Source of the DNA: Carcharhinus longimanus
Taxonomy: Eukaryota
Reading direction: 5' to 3'
Length of the DNA: 64,000 nucleotides
Assembly: GCA_030264375.1 (NCBI GenBank)
Contig: JASCQW010000132.1
Span: 78,967,454-79,031,453 of the forward strand
The notes below the pieces were generated by a model that saw only the letters and a list, made by a program, of their open reading frames with translations, ran no database searches and was not told the origin of the DNA. This document shows, piece after piece, positions 25,343 to 39,044 of the stretch. The translations under genes and the position numbers were made by a program. Within the stretch, counting starts at the first letter, position 1, and every line of letters begins with the position of its first letter.

Positions 25343-27203
25343 GTGAGATTTTTAAAAGATCTCTGAAAAATCCTCCTTCCAATTGGGTACCAGTTAGAAG
25401 CAGTACTCATGAAAGAATAGAATGCATATATTTATGGCCTGCGCTCAATGCACTCAGGCACTGGTCCCTGTAGCTAGCTGGAAAATAAGGGCTGAGTCCA
25501 CCTTGGATAGCTCTCAAAGACATAAGTGGTTCAGGCAATTAACTGCCTGCAGTCATGTCTTCTGCCCCTCAGAAGGAGAATATCCTGCCTCCAAGATCAT
25601 CTGGTCAGAGGATGAGGTGTCAATTGGTAAGGTCAGGAGTAGCAGGGTCCCCTAGAAAGGTTGCCATTTGTCATTGATTTTACCCGTAACAGGTGTTTAA
25701 GGTTAAAGTTGATTTAGTAGTCACAAATAGGCTCCATATGGCATATAGACTGCTTGATCAGAAGGGTCCACCGCCCCCCCCACCCAGCCCCCCAACCAAC
25801 CAGCCCCCAGGGAGATTTTAATGGGCAGACTCTCCAGGTGATAAAATGTCCAGTCATTCTTGGTAAAATATCAGCATCGGTAGGAAGAGGGCCTGCAGTG
25901 GCCATTAGCCTGCCACTTATCCCACCGCTGATGAATTAGCAGTGAAAATGTGAAGGCAATGGACATGTCATGTGCGCCCCACCCCCCAACCTGCTCCAAC
26001 TTAATTATACACCTTCCCAGTACCCAGCTTCCTGCCTGCTACCCAGCGTCACTTCAGCCCATGAAGTACAGGACAGCACAACAACAATAAACACTCTGCA
26101 CATTTACACTCAGATCAACCATATTTGTAATGTTTAAGAGTCATCTCAGAAAAAAATCCTGCATTCTGTTTCCTGCCTCAAACTGTTGGTGGAAATTTTA
26201 ACTCAAGATACAGCCTGAGCCTTCCTCAGATAATGAGCAGAATTTACTCCAGGTAGGTGTGGAGGTCTCATTGGGTCAAGCAATGCCCATTTAGTATTAA
26301 ATGGCTGTGGTGGAATCTACCAGGGCAGTGGGTAGGAAAACCAATGCAACATAAAACCTTATCCAATGAGTATTGATTTGTGTAACATTTTTACTCATGG
26401 TTAAATCTCATCTAAGTATTAAAGGGATAGTGACTATGTCTGTTCCATTGTTACGCATTTAATGGCAGCTTAACCACACAATGGGCAATATTTGCTTTTC
26501 CGAGCAGTGCTGTCAGCTGCACAGTGAAGAGTGGAAATAGGGTGTAGTGATCATTTCCACTTCTGTCCAGATGTGGTTCCTGGGTGGCAGGACTTCTAGA
26601 ATCTCACACTGATGCAGGATTACATTCCCTTGTGAAGCACAACCTCCACAAACATCAAACTAACAAATTGCATTTATAGAACACCGTTATATCAGAAACA
26701 TCCTTATTGTAATTAGCAATAGTGAGGGTTGTAAGTCTCTCTCCATGGCCTCAAGCCTGTTGTGTGACCTGCAGTGTCCTGATCGGTATGTAACTATTCC
26801 TCTTTTAAACAAATCTGATCTGATCTTATGCTGCTTAATTCAGCAAAACAAAATCCCGAGACAAATCATCCAGCTCTGTTCACTGTTGAGATCCTGCCAG
26901 CAGCCTTCAATGTTTTTATGCCAGAGTTAAATTGGAGACATTAACATGATGTGGGAATAAAGTAAGTCCCACATAAAACTCTGACATTCCACGTTAATTT
27001 CTGCTTAACAATCAGCTGACACCAAAAATAGAACAAACTCAGTTGGTTTGTGAGTTTCTGTTATGAAATACCAGTGTTTTGTTCTGTTTAGGAGCCTGGA
27101 TCAAAATCAATGGCCCTCATTAGAGCAAAATCACAAAATTACTGCTCCTTATTTATGCAGTTTTTCTACTGCAGTTTGTAGCAGACTGAGTAGATGCTTC
27201 TGT

Positions 27204-29908
27204 TGGCCGGAATCTTACCATATTTTTTCAAAGTGTCGGTTCCAGCGGGAAAACTGATACGTATCCCACCAGTAGCGGAAATCTTGTAGAAGCTTCAGCC
27301 TCTTCAAGAAAATTTTTTACCCTTGTGAATCAGACTGCCCGTGGCAGGTCTCCCACCTACACTCTCCCCATCTGTCTCTTTGGAGGCTAAACCCAAACAC
27401 AACTGATGTGAGTGGACACAGCCTGCCAGAGTCACGCCCCAGCTGAGAACCCAAACCCCTTTTGAGGAGACAGCCCTTGAGCTGGCCAGTGAGGAGCAGG
27501 ACCACACTTATGCAGAGGACAAGGTGGGTCAAGAGACAAAATTGAGAATCCTGAAGACACGCAGTCATGGGGAAAGCTTCTCGTGAGTTAACTTTCTCCC
27601 ATCAGTTATCCTCCATGAGGCACTACTGCCATCTCGCTTCCCTTGCAGGTCAATCAGGCGACCAGCCCAGACCTTCCTCACCCCCTCTAGAGACCACAGG
27701 CATGAGCAGCTCCAATAGAGATATCTCAGAGACCAGCAGAGAAGAGGCTTCACAACTATCACCCACATCCTCCACCAGCACAAATACTTACCTCGATGGA
27801 TTCTGTAAGTAAGCAGGCTTCTGGGTCACTCACTGGTGAGCACCTCACAATTGAAGATCCGCAGCAGCAGAGGCAGTGATGTCCCAGGGAACTTGCACTC
27901 AGAGAAATGGCAGAGCTCAGTGCTCTGTAGAGCCTCTGACCGATGATGTGCCCCTGGGTCTGATCATCCCAGAGCTGCTGAACTACCAAGGCAGAGTCAG
28001 GAAGGATGACAGAATCTCTCCTCATACTGCAAAGCTGACAGGGTGAGTCCCATTGTCCTCTGTCTGAGGGGATTGTGCCGTCACTCCAACACAGTGAGGC
28101 CAACACTGCAAGGGTGGCATCTGCAATGGAAATGTTGGTGCAGGATGTGCACCCCATGGTGGGGAATGTCCTTCAATGATTCAGCTCATGATCTCCCTGG
28201 CTGACAGCATGACCTCCTTGGTGTAGGGCTTCAACTGCATGGTGGAATCCACAAGTGTCAGTGCCAGAAGGTAGATGGGTTCCTGAATCTCAAGCCAACT
28301 GCCCCTTTATCCCATGGAGGAGATCCTGGGCTTTGAAAAGGGAGAGGATCAGCAGGAGTGCAGCTAAGACCCTTCACCAAGAGACCCTGAGAGTGTCCAG
28401 CCCATCTGAGACCCCCATCCCTGTGAACAACACACCTCCAGCCCTGCACACTGCAACATCCCTGCAGCCCAAAAGTAGGCCCAGATCCTCAAGGCCCAGG
28501 CCCACAACCAGCCACTCACCAAGGTCATCTCAGGCAATAGGTATGAAAGTCAGTAGGCTGCCTCAACCTCAGCTGTTGATCCTGGGGATACACCTGGACA
28601 TAGCGGGAAGGTGACAAAGAATAAGAAACACTAGACACCTAGTGGGCATGGGTGAATCCAAGCACTAGAAGAGATAAGTCACCATTGTAATATTGCTCTT
28701 GTATTAAACCTCACTTTGTTCATTTACAGATCCTCCACCCTGTCTTTTCATGTTGCCATGTTCAGCAACACCTTCCCACGTACACTTGGGTTTCATCCTT
28801 TTGGAGTGTGAGAATGGCAGTGTTATGTCTCTCACACCTCCCAAACTGATGATTCAGTAAAGACATGCTGCTCCTGGTATGGGGACCCTCCTCTAACTCT
28901 TCACCCCGGACACACTCCCTCCAACCATCCATCCATGGAAAGTGGCAACCCCTCAACATCGACGCTCAGGCCTCTCATGCCTGCCACTCTTCTCCACTGA
29001 TGAAGAGACCAAGAATTGTCAGTGTTGAGGAGCTGCCCACCTCAGATGTAAGTTGGAGGAAAGCACCAGGATCCTTGACCTGGGAGGGGAGAGGATTAGC
29101 TGAGATAAGTCATCCGGTGTCTCTGAATCCCATGATAAGCCCATTGATTGGCAGGACGTGTTCAGCGCTCTGTCGGGCTGAAATCAGGCAGATTGCCGAG
29201 GATGAGAGGAGAATTGCTCTGTCATAAATGCAAGTCATCATCACTGTCCTGCAGAGTTCGACCAATGACTTTAGCGTGCTGTCCATGAATGTAGGCACCA
29301 TTATAAGGACCTTCCGCTGGCACCACAGTTGATGTCAGATGAGAGAGCTCTTTATTCCCTAGTCCTGGTTGTTCCCAAAACAAGAAGCTATGAGGGTGTC
29401 CTTAGACCTTAGCCCCATGCGAGCCATGCCCATTGCCCAAGATCTTTCTTCATCCCCTGCCTTCACATATTGACAATCAATGCCCTTCTCAACCTCTCTT
29501 CATCCACAGAGATGTAGCGTTCCCCCATCTCCTCCTGATCCAGTGGCTCTCCTTGTTGCACTGCCAAGTCCACCCTGGGGAGTCTCAGTGGTACCTAACC
29601 TCTGACCATTCCCCGCACCCAACCCCCCGCCCCCCCAACAAATGTGAGGGCTTAGAAAGTTGGATGCATGTATTGGACCAACGTTTTAACCACATGAGGG
29701 ACCTCAATGATGCTCCTGTCACCAATAACATGATGTTGAAAGGATGTTTTCAGGCTTCCTTGGTGTTTTTCTCATTACTCCATTGGCCAAGGGAATTGAA
29801 AATTGGAAACCGTTAATTCACCGATGAGATTCATGTTTTCCGATTCTGTCCGATTTTGTGTTTGCGTCAACAACTCTGTGCACAGCTAATACGGGCTCAA
29901 AATCGCCT
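27204..29908. mobile_element. Internally deleted Harbinger element (partner-gene exons on plus, transposase C-terminus on minus)
   Basis: S/T-rich QLSPTSSTSTNT (about 27750); minus-strand LAVQQGEPLDQEEMGERYISVDEE at about 29400-29575; left end shared with 30238 and 34870. Confidence 0.6.
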
Positions 29909-29928
29909 TCATTATTTTTGTAACAAGT

Positions 29929-30051
29929 GGTGGAATTTTATGGCCTCCATCTGGCAGGATCTCCCAGTCCCATTGAGGTCAATGAACTTTTGAACAACTT
30001 GTTGTATTTTCTGGCTCCACCCTCACCACAACAGAGCTGTAAAATTCCACC
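29929..30051. mobile_element. MITE with perfect 12-bp TIRs
   Basis: GGTGGAATTTTA (29929-29940) and TAAAATTCCACC (30040-30051). Confidence 0.8.
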
Positions 30052-30237
30052 CAAAACTTGGCCCATATTTTGATAGTGTGCAATTTGTTAGACCTCTGTA
30101 TACTGAACATACTGCTTGTCATTTTGGAACACTAGTTCATAAACCGACCTCCAAATGCAGGAAAATGTATCAAATGATCTGAAAATGCCAAAAATCTAAA
30201 TTTTCTGATGTTTCTTTGTATTTCAAAGTCGAAATGT

Positions 30238-31150
30238 GGGGGGTGATGCTTCCAAAACACTTCTAACTGTTGAATTCCCATAAAAACTGGAATAAATCCC
30301 GTTGCTTTTCTCAGTGGGAGTTTCAAAATGAATCTCCCACACTCTGTGTCCTGCCGAGTGCCCAAGCATTAATATCATTAAAAATTTGTGGGCAGAGCCT
30401 ATTCCCATTGGACAGACCAGCAACATAGTGCTGAATGGGCCACTACGCATGTCGATCTGTCAGCAACAAGATCAACAAATGTGCAGTAGCCACACGGCTG
30501 GCCACCCGATAGCAGGGCTGCCCCATGACACTCCATCACTGGCTATGCGACACTTCCATGGCCCAATCGCTGCCCCCCTGGATGTGCCTGGCCAGCCTTG
30601 ACCCCACTCCCAGCCCGCCTTGATCTTGCCCTCCGACTCCACTGGCAGTCCCAATCACCCCATCCACCGACAGCCCCAACCCCATCCTCCCCTCTGTTCT
30701 GAACACCCACCCCCACCACAGCCCAGAACCCCACACCACCCCGATATCCAGCCCTGATCAGTGGCCTCCCTCTCTCTGTTATTGATCCCAGTGCAAAGTA
30801 GCAGCGGGACGCTCCATCCCCACTGATATCCTCCCCAGACGTTCTGCCCCCATTAGGCTCCACCCTGTTAGACCCCACCCCATTGGCACTGCTGATGCCC
30901 AGTGGGCAGTGCCAAAGTGCCCCCTTGGGCAGTGCCACTTTACTCCTTGGGCAGTCCCAGGGAGCCAGAGTGGCACTGCCAAGCTGGAAATGCGCAGGGG
31001 GAACCTTCGCTTACCCCTGACCCTCTGGGGGCTCCAATGGCCCTCCTTCACTCCAGCGGGGTCCCGCCACCAGCTTCTCCAAGTGGGAAGTTATTGTAAA
31101 CCCTGGTGGAGTGAAACTCTCCTGGCAAGGATAGCTGAAAGAAGCATGGA
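30238..31150 (+). mobile_element. Non-coding Harbinger-like derivative, copy A
   Basis: Homologous to 34870-35250 (TTTCAAAATG-ATCTCCCACACTC; TCGATCTGTCAG...AAGATC); C-rich interior. Confidence 0.6.
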
Positions 31151-33329
31151 TGAGGGTCAAACCCTGCAGGTTGATGATATATTAGGAAAGCTTTTATGAG
31201 AGTTATTAATATCTTTGCAGAACACAACTGGTAAAGTGTGACAATGGAAGCATTTATAATTAAGAAGTCAATTTTAAGCAGTAAAACTATGTTTAAAAAA
31301 AAACCTTCTTTGCTGAAAACTTAAAAAGTTCTAGACTATTATAATCTCCTGAGAAATGTGATAAGGCCAAAGAACACTTAGTGTAGCTAAAAATGTAGCA
31401 ACTCACAGCAAAATATTGGCAGAAACTAATTAAAATATCTTCAAATCCCAGTTGATATTGTACAGGAACTTCTTTAAACTACCCATCCAGCCCTTCTCAG
31501 AGTTATGAGCAATTACTTTCTTATAATATCCACCCAACACTGATTCTAATTCAGTGCTAAGTAACAGCCAAGCTAAACAGTTCTCAGTGCTGAATCAGTA
31601 CAATGCCACGTCGCTAAGTACCTTTACAGCACAGCTATGTCAAACACAGCAAATTTAACCACAGACAAAGTTCAAAAGCACCAAAGCATTTCCTTGTTGA
31701 AATAATTATTCCAACATAATCAAACAGCACAAGGTCTGTGAAAGATCCAAGGCACAAATGTTGGAACACCCAGAAGCAATTGCATTTCCACATTCCTCCG
31801 TAAATATCAATTTAGCACATTAGGCTTAAAGATTTTTTCAGATTCTACATTGCTTGTATTAAGGCAATGTCTCTATAAATATAGTAAATGGGAATTTATT
31901 TTTCATGTAGATATGATCTCAATGCTCTTTCTAACTGCATGCTGAGCAAAGGATAGCTTGCAGTGATATGGTGCACACATACCTTTAAGGTGGCATATTG
32001 TAAACTGCTGTCAATCACTATCATGTGGACAGAATGTGCTGTACTAGTCACTTGATTCTGTACTCACTATAAAGCAGCAAGTCTACAAGATAGATATATT
32101 CAGCATCCCAATTATTATCCTCAAATAAAGAACCCACAGTATTGTTTTACCAAACCTTGTTATATGATCTGTATGGTTATGAAAAACGGAAAAACATAAC
32201 ATGGTGGCAGCATTTGAGCTTCAACCATTTCACGTGCAAAACTGGTGTAGAAATGAAACAACGATCAAGTACTGTGATTCTGCAGCGCTGTCAAATTCTA
32301 CACACCGTACCTTCATTCTGAGGTATTGCACCTCACTCAAACCAGCAGGCAGTAAGACTGTTCAAATTTGTGCGTACTTAATTTGTATAATTCTGCCTAC
32401 TGCTATGTTTGTGCAGGAATAGAGATTTAACAGCCAACTCTGCAGGGTCTAGCTTTAAGCAGAGCTCTGCAGAGACAGGACTTCTTTACTGATGCATACT
32501 ATCCCTTCAGGCAGGCATCAAGGGGCCAATTAAACACTGGGGACTGGGCCAGGGAACAAGAATCCATCCGGTAATAGCTCCCAAATTTCCTAACAGCTAC
32601 AAGAAGGCTCCAGAAAGTTGTTTTCTTCAGTTATACTTCCCCCTTCAAGTATGCAGTCTATTTTCATGGAGAATGAAATCACTGAGATTTAGTTAGCCTG
32701 AGAAAGCAGAAGCAGCTCAGCAGCACCACCATTGCAGCAACCTGTGACAAGATACAGCTGCAGCCACTTAAAGTACTACAAACCAGGAGCCTGATTAAAT
32801 TCTGAAGGATTACAAATAAATTTGACTAGTTGCTCCTGTTCCAAGTAATTGAAATAATCCTGTAAAAAGCTACATTCACATTATATGCCACAAATGTAAG
32901 GGCAGTACAAATTGAATGCAGGACTGGATACTGGTGCAGATGTAAACTTCCTTCCACTTTGCACATTTGAAGTATGTGTATACAAAGAAGTTGCAAGTAA
33001 TGATTCAACCAACTATTGCCAAACTCACTGCATGCAACGGCTCAGAGACTCGGTCCCTGAGACCTATTATACTCAAATTTTGCTACAACTCACCCTGGTC
33101 ATTCCAGCTATTTGTTGATGTGGCACCATGGGTCCAGTGATTGTAGGTCTACCAGTTGTGGGGATCTGTCCTTGGTGATCGTCCACGATATCATCAACAC
33201 AATGACAAGAACTACAACTACAAGAAACCCCATTGACAACCTATGCTTACAGTGGGAGATAACCAAAACAGCACAGGTCATCAGCTGAAAGGCGATGTGG
33301 CACACGTGGAACTGAATATGTAAAACAAA

Positions 33330-33510
33330 ATAAAGTCACCATAGTCCCAGACGACCATAGGCTTTCCCCTTCAAAGGAGGTGGTGATTTAACCAGAGGAG
33401 AACCACACGTTGGGTGACGGTCAAGGTTGAAAGGGAATGAATAACTTCAGCCAATACACTTTTGGCATCACTCCGCATTGTGAACAAATGTCCAACAAAC
33501 TGAGCTAATC
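33330..33510 (-). mobile_element. tRNA-derived SINE (a fourth family), decayed
   Basis: Minus strand starts TTAGCTCAGTTTG (A-box-like); plus strand shows AAAGTCACCATAGTCCCAGACGACCATAGGCT and GGTGGTGATTTAACC. Confidence 0.6.
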
Positions 33511-33794
33511 AAATATGAATTACTATGCCACGGACAAGTGCGGACAACCCTCTACAGTCATCACTTAACAATACTTCCAGAAGTACAAGATTCATTCATG
33601 GCTAAATGGGGAAGACGAATATTGCCCATGGTCAACAAACAGGTAACTAATTGCTCAACTTGATTATCAGATAAAATGCAACACCCAACTGATGGCATGT
33701 AAAATCCAACAGAAATCATCAGCTTATGCCAAGAATCAAGATCACATCAAGCTCAAAAATCAAATAGCATGACAGTATGACAAAACAAACGTCA

Positions 33795-33928
33795 GCCAGA
33801 ATTCTCTGGTCTCGTGCACCCCAGTGCCATTGCCAACAAGAATGGTCAATTTGGCATTCAGCCAAATCTCTGTTCACTGCAGCAAGACTGGAGAATCCCA
33901 GCTGCAGCTGAGGTAGGAGAATTCTGGC
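33795..33928. mobile_element. MITE with perfect 12-bp TIRs
   Basis: GCCAGAATTCTC (33795-33806) and GAGAATTCTGGC (33917-33928); interior matches 48263-48373 in reverse. Confidence 0.8.
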
Positions 33929-34869
33929 AACCAAATCAGAACAATGCCACAACATGGTATTGGCATAGTGCCAATCTGGGATTGCCAACCTGTGCCAGGG
34001 CAGTGCCAGGAGACATTTCCCTCTCCCCTGGGCAGCTAAAATCACCTTTAACATTCCCCCCAAAGATCCCCAAGACAGGTTCACATCTAGTTGAACCTGT
34101 TGTAAACCGTGCCACGATGTGACACCGACACAGTTTGAATATACGAGGGGTGTCAACATTTGGATGGGGAGTAGTTTTTGTATTTAAAAAGATCAAAATT
34201 AATGTAAAGCAGGTTCACACCCATATGTCATCGGCAAGGGGTGGTGAGAATTGGAGGTCAATTGTGACTTCTGGGGTTTTGCCGAATCTTAAGCACTACC
34301 TCCTGTAGCTATTACCATGGATAGTGTGAATGGGCTTAAGGTTGCCCCAGTGTTATTTTCTGTTGCTGTCATGTAAATAATTTGATTGCTTAAGGATAGA
34401 CCTCTGATTTAGGGAAACAAGAGGGATGTTACAGGGGCAGGAGAGGGGGGGACTTGATGATCCCATGTGAAGTCTTGGTAAGCCACTGTACGATGGCCTC
34501 AAGATAGGAAGGGATAAGTTCCACATGGGGCATTGGGACATTGACATCAAATGGTTCAAGAGGGAGTACAGGGGTATCACCAATTACTACAATGGGACCA
34601 ATGAGTACAGGGGGAAGAACTGGATGATTGGAGAGGGATCAGCTTCCAAAGACCCTTTGTCCCTCTTGTGGGAGAAACCCTGTGTTAGAAGGAACCAACT
34701 AAAAAGGGGAAATAAGACGGAATACTATTCCAAATGAGTTAAAGACCTTTAAACCTTGCAGCTGCCACTGGAGGAGAATAATTTGGGACTCCAGACTATT
34801 TGGAAAGGTATTCAACATCAGATGGAAAGTACATGGCCAACAAAAGAAGAAAACCTTGACTGTTGCCTC

Positions 34870-36217
34870 CTCAGCCCACTTCGTAAAAAATTCTAAGTGT
34901 CAAATTTGCATAAGAACTGAAGTAAATCCTGCTGATTTTTTCAGCCGGGTTTTCAAAATGCATCTCCCACACTCAGTGCATGCAGAGTGCACTAGCATGA
35001 ATCTCACAAAAAAATCAATGGGCGAGGCCTATTCCCAAAGGAGAGGCAGGCAACATAGCCCTGAGCGGGCCATGGCGCATGCTTCGATCTGTCAGTGCCA
35101 AGATCGGCACATGGAGAGTAGCCTTTATCTGGCAGCCTCCCAATCACTGGCCTTCTCAACTGCTGGCCAGCCTGGGACCCCACATCTCTGGCCTTGGGAC
35201 ACCCACCCCTTGATCACTGGCCTCCCGGACATGTCAAGCTTCCCTCCCACATTCCCTCTCCCCAGCTCCCTCCCCATTCCGCCCCACCAACTCATTCCTC
35301 CAATCCCCACTTCCCCCCACCTCCCCACTATGATTCCTGTGGTGAGGGAATGGGAAAATTTTCCTCTTTGACTTTCAGCCGTTTCCCTTCACTCAGGCAC
35401 TCCCTCCCTCACCCCACCCCCCACCGCCAGTCAAATATTAGGCCTCCAAATTCCCCCTCCAAATTCCCCCATCACCACCATATCCCCTCCCATTGCTCCT
35501 GCAGGTCAAGCATGGTATGCCTGGGTTCCCACACCCCACCTTGACTCCCGGCGGAATTGGAGCAGCTGTGAGTGCAATGCCGTGAAAGTTGGAGAACGTT
35601 GCACGCACACACCTCAAGGTCATGGGTGAAGAAGACTTATCATGTACATGTCACCTTTATGTGGTTGTGAATCATGCTGGTCTAGCCACTGATGTGGCCT
35701 TTTTGATTGGAGGGGCTGGAGGTTTGAGTTTTCAATGAGTATTCCTAATATTCAAACTAATATAAGTGCTTTTCCCAACATGGCATGGAAGTTCAGAATG
35801 GAAAATCAAGAACTACTTTTCCTTTTTAAAGTTTATTTATTAGTGTCACAAGTAGGCCTATATTAACACTGAAATGAAGTTTCTGTGAAAATCCCCTAGT
35901 TGCCACACTCCGTTACACTGTTCGGTTACACTGAGGGAGAATTTAGCATGGCCAATCCACTTAACCAGCACATCTTTTGGACTGTGGGAGGAAACCAGAG
36001 CACCCAGAGGAAATCCACGCAGACAAGGGGAGAACTTGCACAGACAGTGACCCAAGCCGGAATGGGACCCGGGCCCTGGCACTATGAGGCAGCAATGCTA
36101 ACCAGTGTGCCGCCATGCCATTCAACCCACCAGTTGGGAAACTGGCTTTTGGCCATTTTCCGCATTTTCCCCTTTCCCGATGACACCCGCCTCTGGCAGG
36201 ACCGGAAAATTCCGACT
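34870..36217 (+). mobile_element. Non-coding Harbinger-like derivative, copy B, interrupted by a V-SINE
   Basis: Homology to 30238-30560; ends in a TIR-like GGAAAATTCCGAC. Confidence 0.6.
35827..36119 (-). mobile_element. V-SINE variant, near full length
   Basis: Colinear with 17503-17790. Confidence 0.88.
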
Positions 36218-37161
36218 TCAGTATTTGTCTTTTCTTAAAGGGAGTGTAATTCTTTAATGGCACTGCCCCATTCTGGCCATGCTCTCCAAACCCTATTATG
36301 AACCATGAACACTCCTGCCAATTTTTGAATGTATTAAACAACTTTTTTTTTTACTATTCTCAGCGTCTTTCTTTGTTGTTGGACTGTAACTTTAGGGGAA
36401 ATGTTCAGCTCAAGAAGTGTCTGTTCTCTGCTATATACATACTTTCTTTTGAACTATTTATTTTGTCATTCCTTTCAAACAATTGGAAAGTTTGTGCTCT
36501 TTGCATTGTGGTTTTGTGCACTTTTGCTTCTACTTCCACCACTATAATTCAGCCTGACACATTACCAAAGGTTAAATGGTTTATTTCTGGTTGCTAAACC
36601 AATTATGTTATATGACATTATCCACTATTCGGTTAGATTATTTGAACTACAGTTAGCAGCCAAGTTGATTTGCTTGGACATAATCTTCAATGGACTGTTA
36701 ACAAATATTCCAATTTGCCAGCCATTAGTCATGTCAGAGACCGCATCAATTATCATTTGTTTTTGCCTGTTGTTATGAACTTATCAAATTCCACTTATTA
36801 AAACCTGCTTTCACCTCCAGATTGGGTGAAAGCCAAAAGCTGTAAAATATATTCAACTACTTTGTTAAGGAAGGACAGAATGGAGAAACAATTAAGATGA
36901 AATAGGGTAAAATTGAAATCAAAAAGACATAAAATGGGAGAGAGAATGATAGAATGGAAACCAAAATAAATGATAAATGACAAAATAAATAATAAACAAC
37001 ATGACGTGTTTTATTTTAATTAAATGTTTTATTTAATTCTGTGTCTATTTATTGTTGAGGGGTATTGATACAATAATGAATCTACTTCTGTCATCATTTG
37101 TTTTTATGATGGTAATACTAGGGCTTGTTTCAGTGTCACACACATTCAGTGTTAAACATAA

Positions 37162-37290
37162 TGGGTGGGATTATATGGCCTCGCTCATCCTGAAACCATA
37201 AAATCCTGACCAAGGTCAATGGACCTTTCCATGGTCCGCTTCTCGCCTGCTTCAATTCCCATAGCAGGCAGGACAGTAAAATTCCAGCTA
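37162..37290. mobile_element. MITE
   Basis: GGGTGGGATTATA...TAAAATTCCAGC termini and a central AGGTCAATG shared with 29929-30051. Confidence 0.7.
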
Positions 37291-38334
37291 TTATGTTGGA
37301 AAGTGAGTGGGGATTGGAATTTATTGAAGCTACTGTTATTAGTTCATGCATTTGTGATTAGTTGATAAGTGTATGGGAACTTACTTCACATTTTTACTGA
37401 AATGAAGTACTGCTCATATACAGAATAAATGCAGCATTGGGCTTTACAAAAAAAAACATTTTCTGAGAAGAAATGATCTTAAACAAGTTTGTTCTGTCAC
37501 ATTTCTTGACAAAATCTATTACTTCTGATTTGAAATATAGAACATACAAATTGTCAAATCGGTGACTGTAGCAGCTCAGGAGTTTCTGCTGCATCACATT
37601 TTGGAATTTTCCAGGATTAGATGCATTCCATGTCAGGACCTCACACATCAGAGTTTTTATCTTATAAATCTGCTTTATCAATGGGGAACCTGGTTTTCCA
37701 ACCAAAGGCTCAAAATTACACTTTTCCACCATTATATCTAATGGCCTGAACATTGTGACCATCCAAATTTCTGATAGATGCTACCACTGTGTAAGGTTCC
37801 CTACCAGCAGCAGAGTTGTGAAGTAGACTGTAGATGTTCCAGTGAGATTGGTCATGTGAAACATAACAGTGGCATTATCTGCTACCTACATCAGCACGGT
37901 CAGCTTTTGTCATCTCTGATCAAGTGCCTCACCCATCACTCACTCCTCAGCCTGTTTTTAACCTTTCGTATGTTAATCAACCCACTATGCATTAGCATGG
38001 TTTCTATGTTTTATTTCTGAAGCTATCATTTACAATCCTGTTCAGGCACTGCAAAGATCCTTTTTATCACGCAAGTGTACGATTACTTGACATTTGCCAA
38101 TTATTGTTCACTATTATGTTTACATTGCATCAAAGAAACCATTAAAAGCAAGATTTAGAAGTAGGCCAGGATGGAACAGGGTGTCAATCCAGTTCCAGTT
38201 GCTCTGAACTTCACAGTACTAGTTCTTAATATTCAAACAGAATTTCCAAATTTACTGACCATTGGATGACAAAAGTATAAGAAAGGAATTTTTGCATTTC
38301 TGTTGCAGTCCTGATTCTCTAAACAGAACGAGTT

Positions 38335-38665
38335 CTGATCATTCCCAGATCAATGAGTGGGAGTCCAGAACAAAGATACAATCTTAAAATTACAGTAAGG
38401 CACTTCAAAGGATTTGTCTGGAAGCACTGTTTAACACTAGGAGTGGGGAAATCTGGTGAAGAAATCCCACTCCTAAAGAAAAAATGCTTAAAATAGACTA
38501 ACTGAAAATGTTAAAATATATTGTTAAATTTTGGCTAGTCAAGTGTGTTATGGGCTGCTGAAGCAAGGCAGGTAGGTAGAATTAAGATAGAGATCAGCCA
38601 TGAGTTAAGTGAACGTTGGAACAGGCTGGAGACGTTAATTAGCCTACTCCTGTTCCTACATTCCT
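38335..38665 (+). mobile_element. Old CR1 3' end
   Basis: GAGTCCAGAACAAAG..AATCTTAAAATT and 3' UTR GATCAGCCATGA...GCCTACTCCTGTTCCTA. Confidence 0.75.
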
Positions 38666-38814
38666 AATAATTCTCTGTAATTTTGCCTGAACATTTTCTA
38701 CAATATAACAGTGAGCTTTTGTGCTCACCAACCCACATTTTTTTGTTCTGATGTTGGCCTTCTTGGTGTCACTGCCAGTCTGGTGACAAGTGGTGATGCT
38801 GCAAAAGTACTTAC

Positions 38815-39030
38815 CTAATCCCTAGAGTGTAGAAAGAGGCCATTTGGCCCATCGAGACTGCACCAATCACAATCCCTCCCAAACCCTATCCCCATTGCCC
38901 CACAAAGGAGCAATTTAGCATAGGCAATCAACGTAACTCGCACATTGTTGGACTTCATTGGCTGTAAAGCACTTTGACATATGCAGTAGGTTGTGAAAAG
39001 TGCTATTTCATGCAAGTCTTTCTTTCTTTT
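38815..39030. mobile_element. HE1-like fragment (minus, 38815-38955) joined to a SacSINE1-like tail (plus, 38956-39030)
   Basis: GAGGCCATTTGGCCCATCGAG and GCAATTTAGCAT, then CTTCATTGGCTGTAAAGCACTTTG...TGCAAGTCTTTC. Confidence 0.7.
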
Positions 39031-39044
39031 CTTTTTTTATAAAA

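Larger units (their letters stand above)
31962..34140 (+). mobile_element. Decayed Gypsy LTR retrotransposon (5' LTR, PBS, protease)
   Basis: LTR-like 31962-32201 with TATAAA and AATAAA, ending in CA; PBS TGGTGGCAGC at 32202-32211; protease LDTGADVNFLP at about 32924. Confidence 0.75.

Noticed and set aside
34856-35544. Longest ORF (171 aa) and an overlapping 116-aa proline-rich ORF
   Set aside because: They arise from the C-rich, stop-poor interior of a non-coding transposon derivative.
37394-37762. 122-aa minus-strand ORF
   Set aside because: No recognisable domain or splice context; length is compatible with chance in 64 kb.
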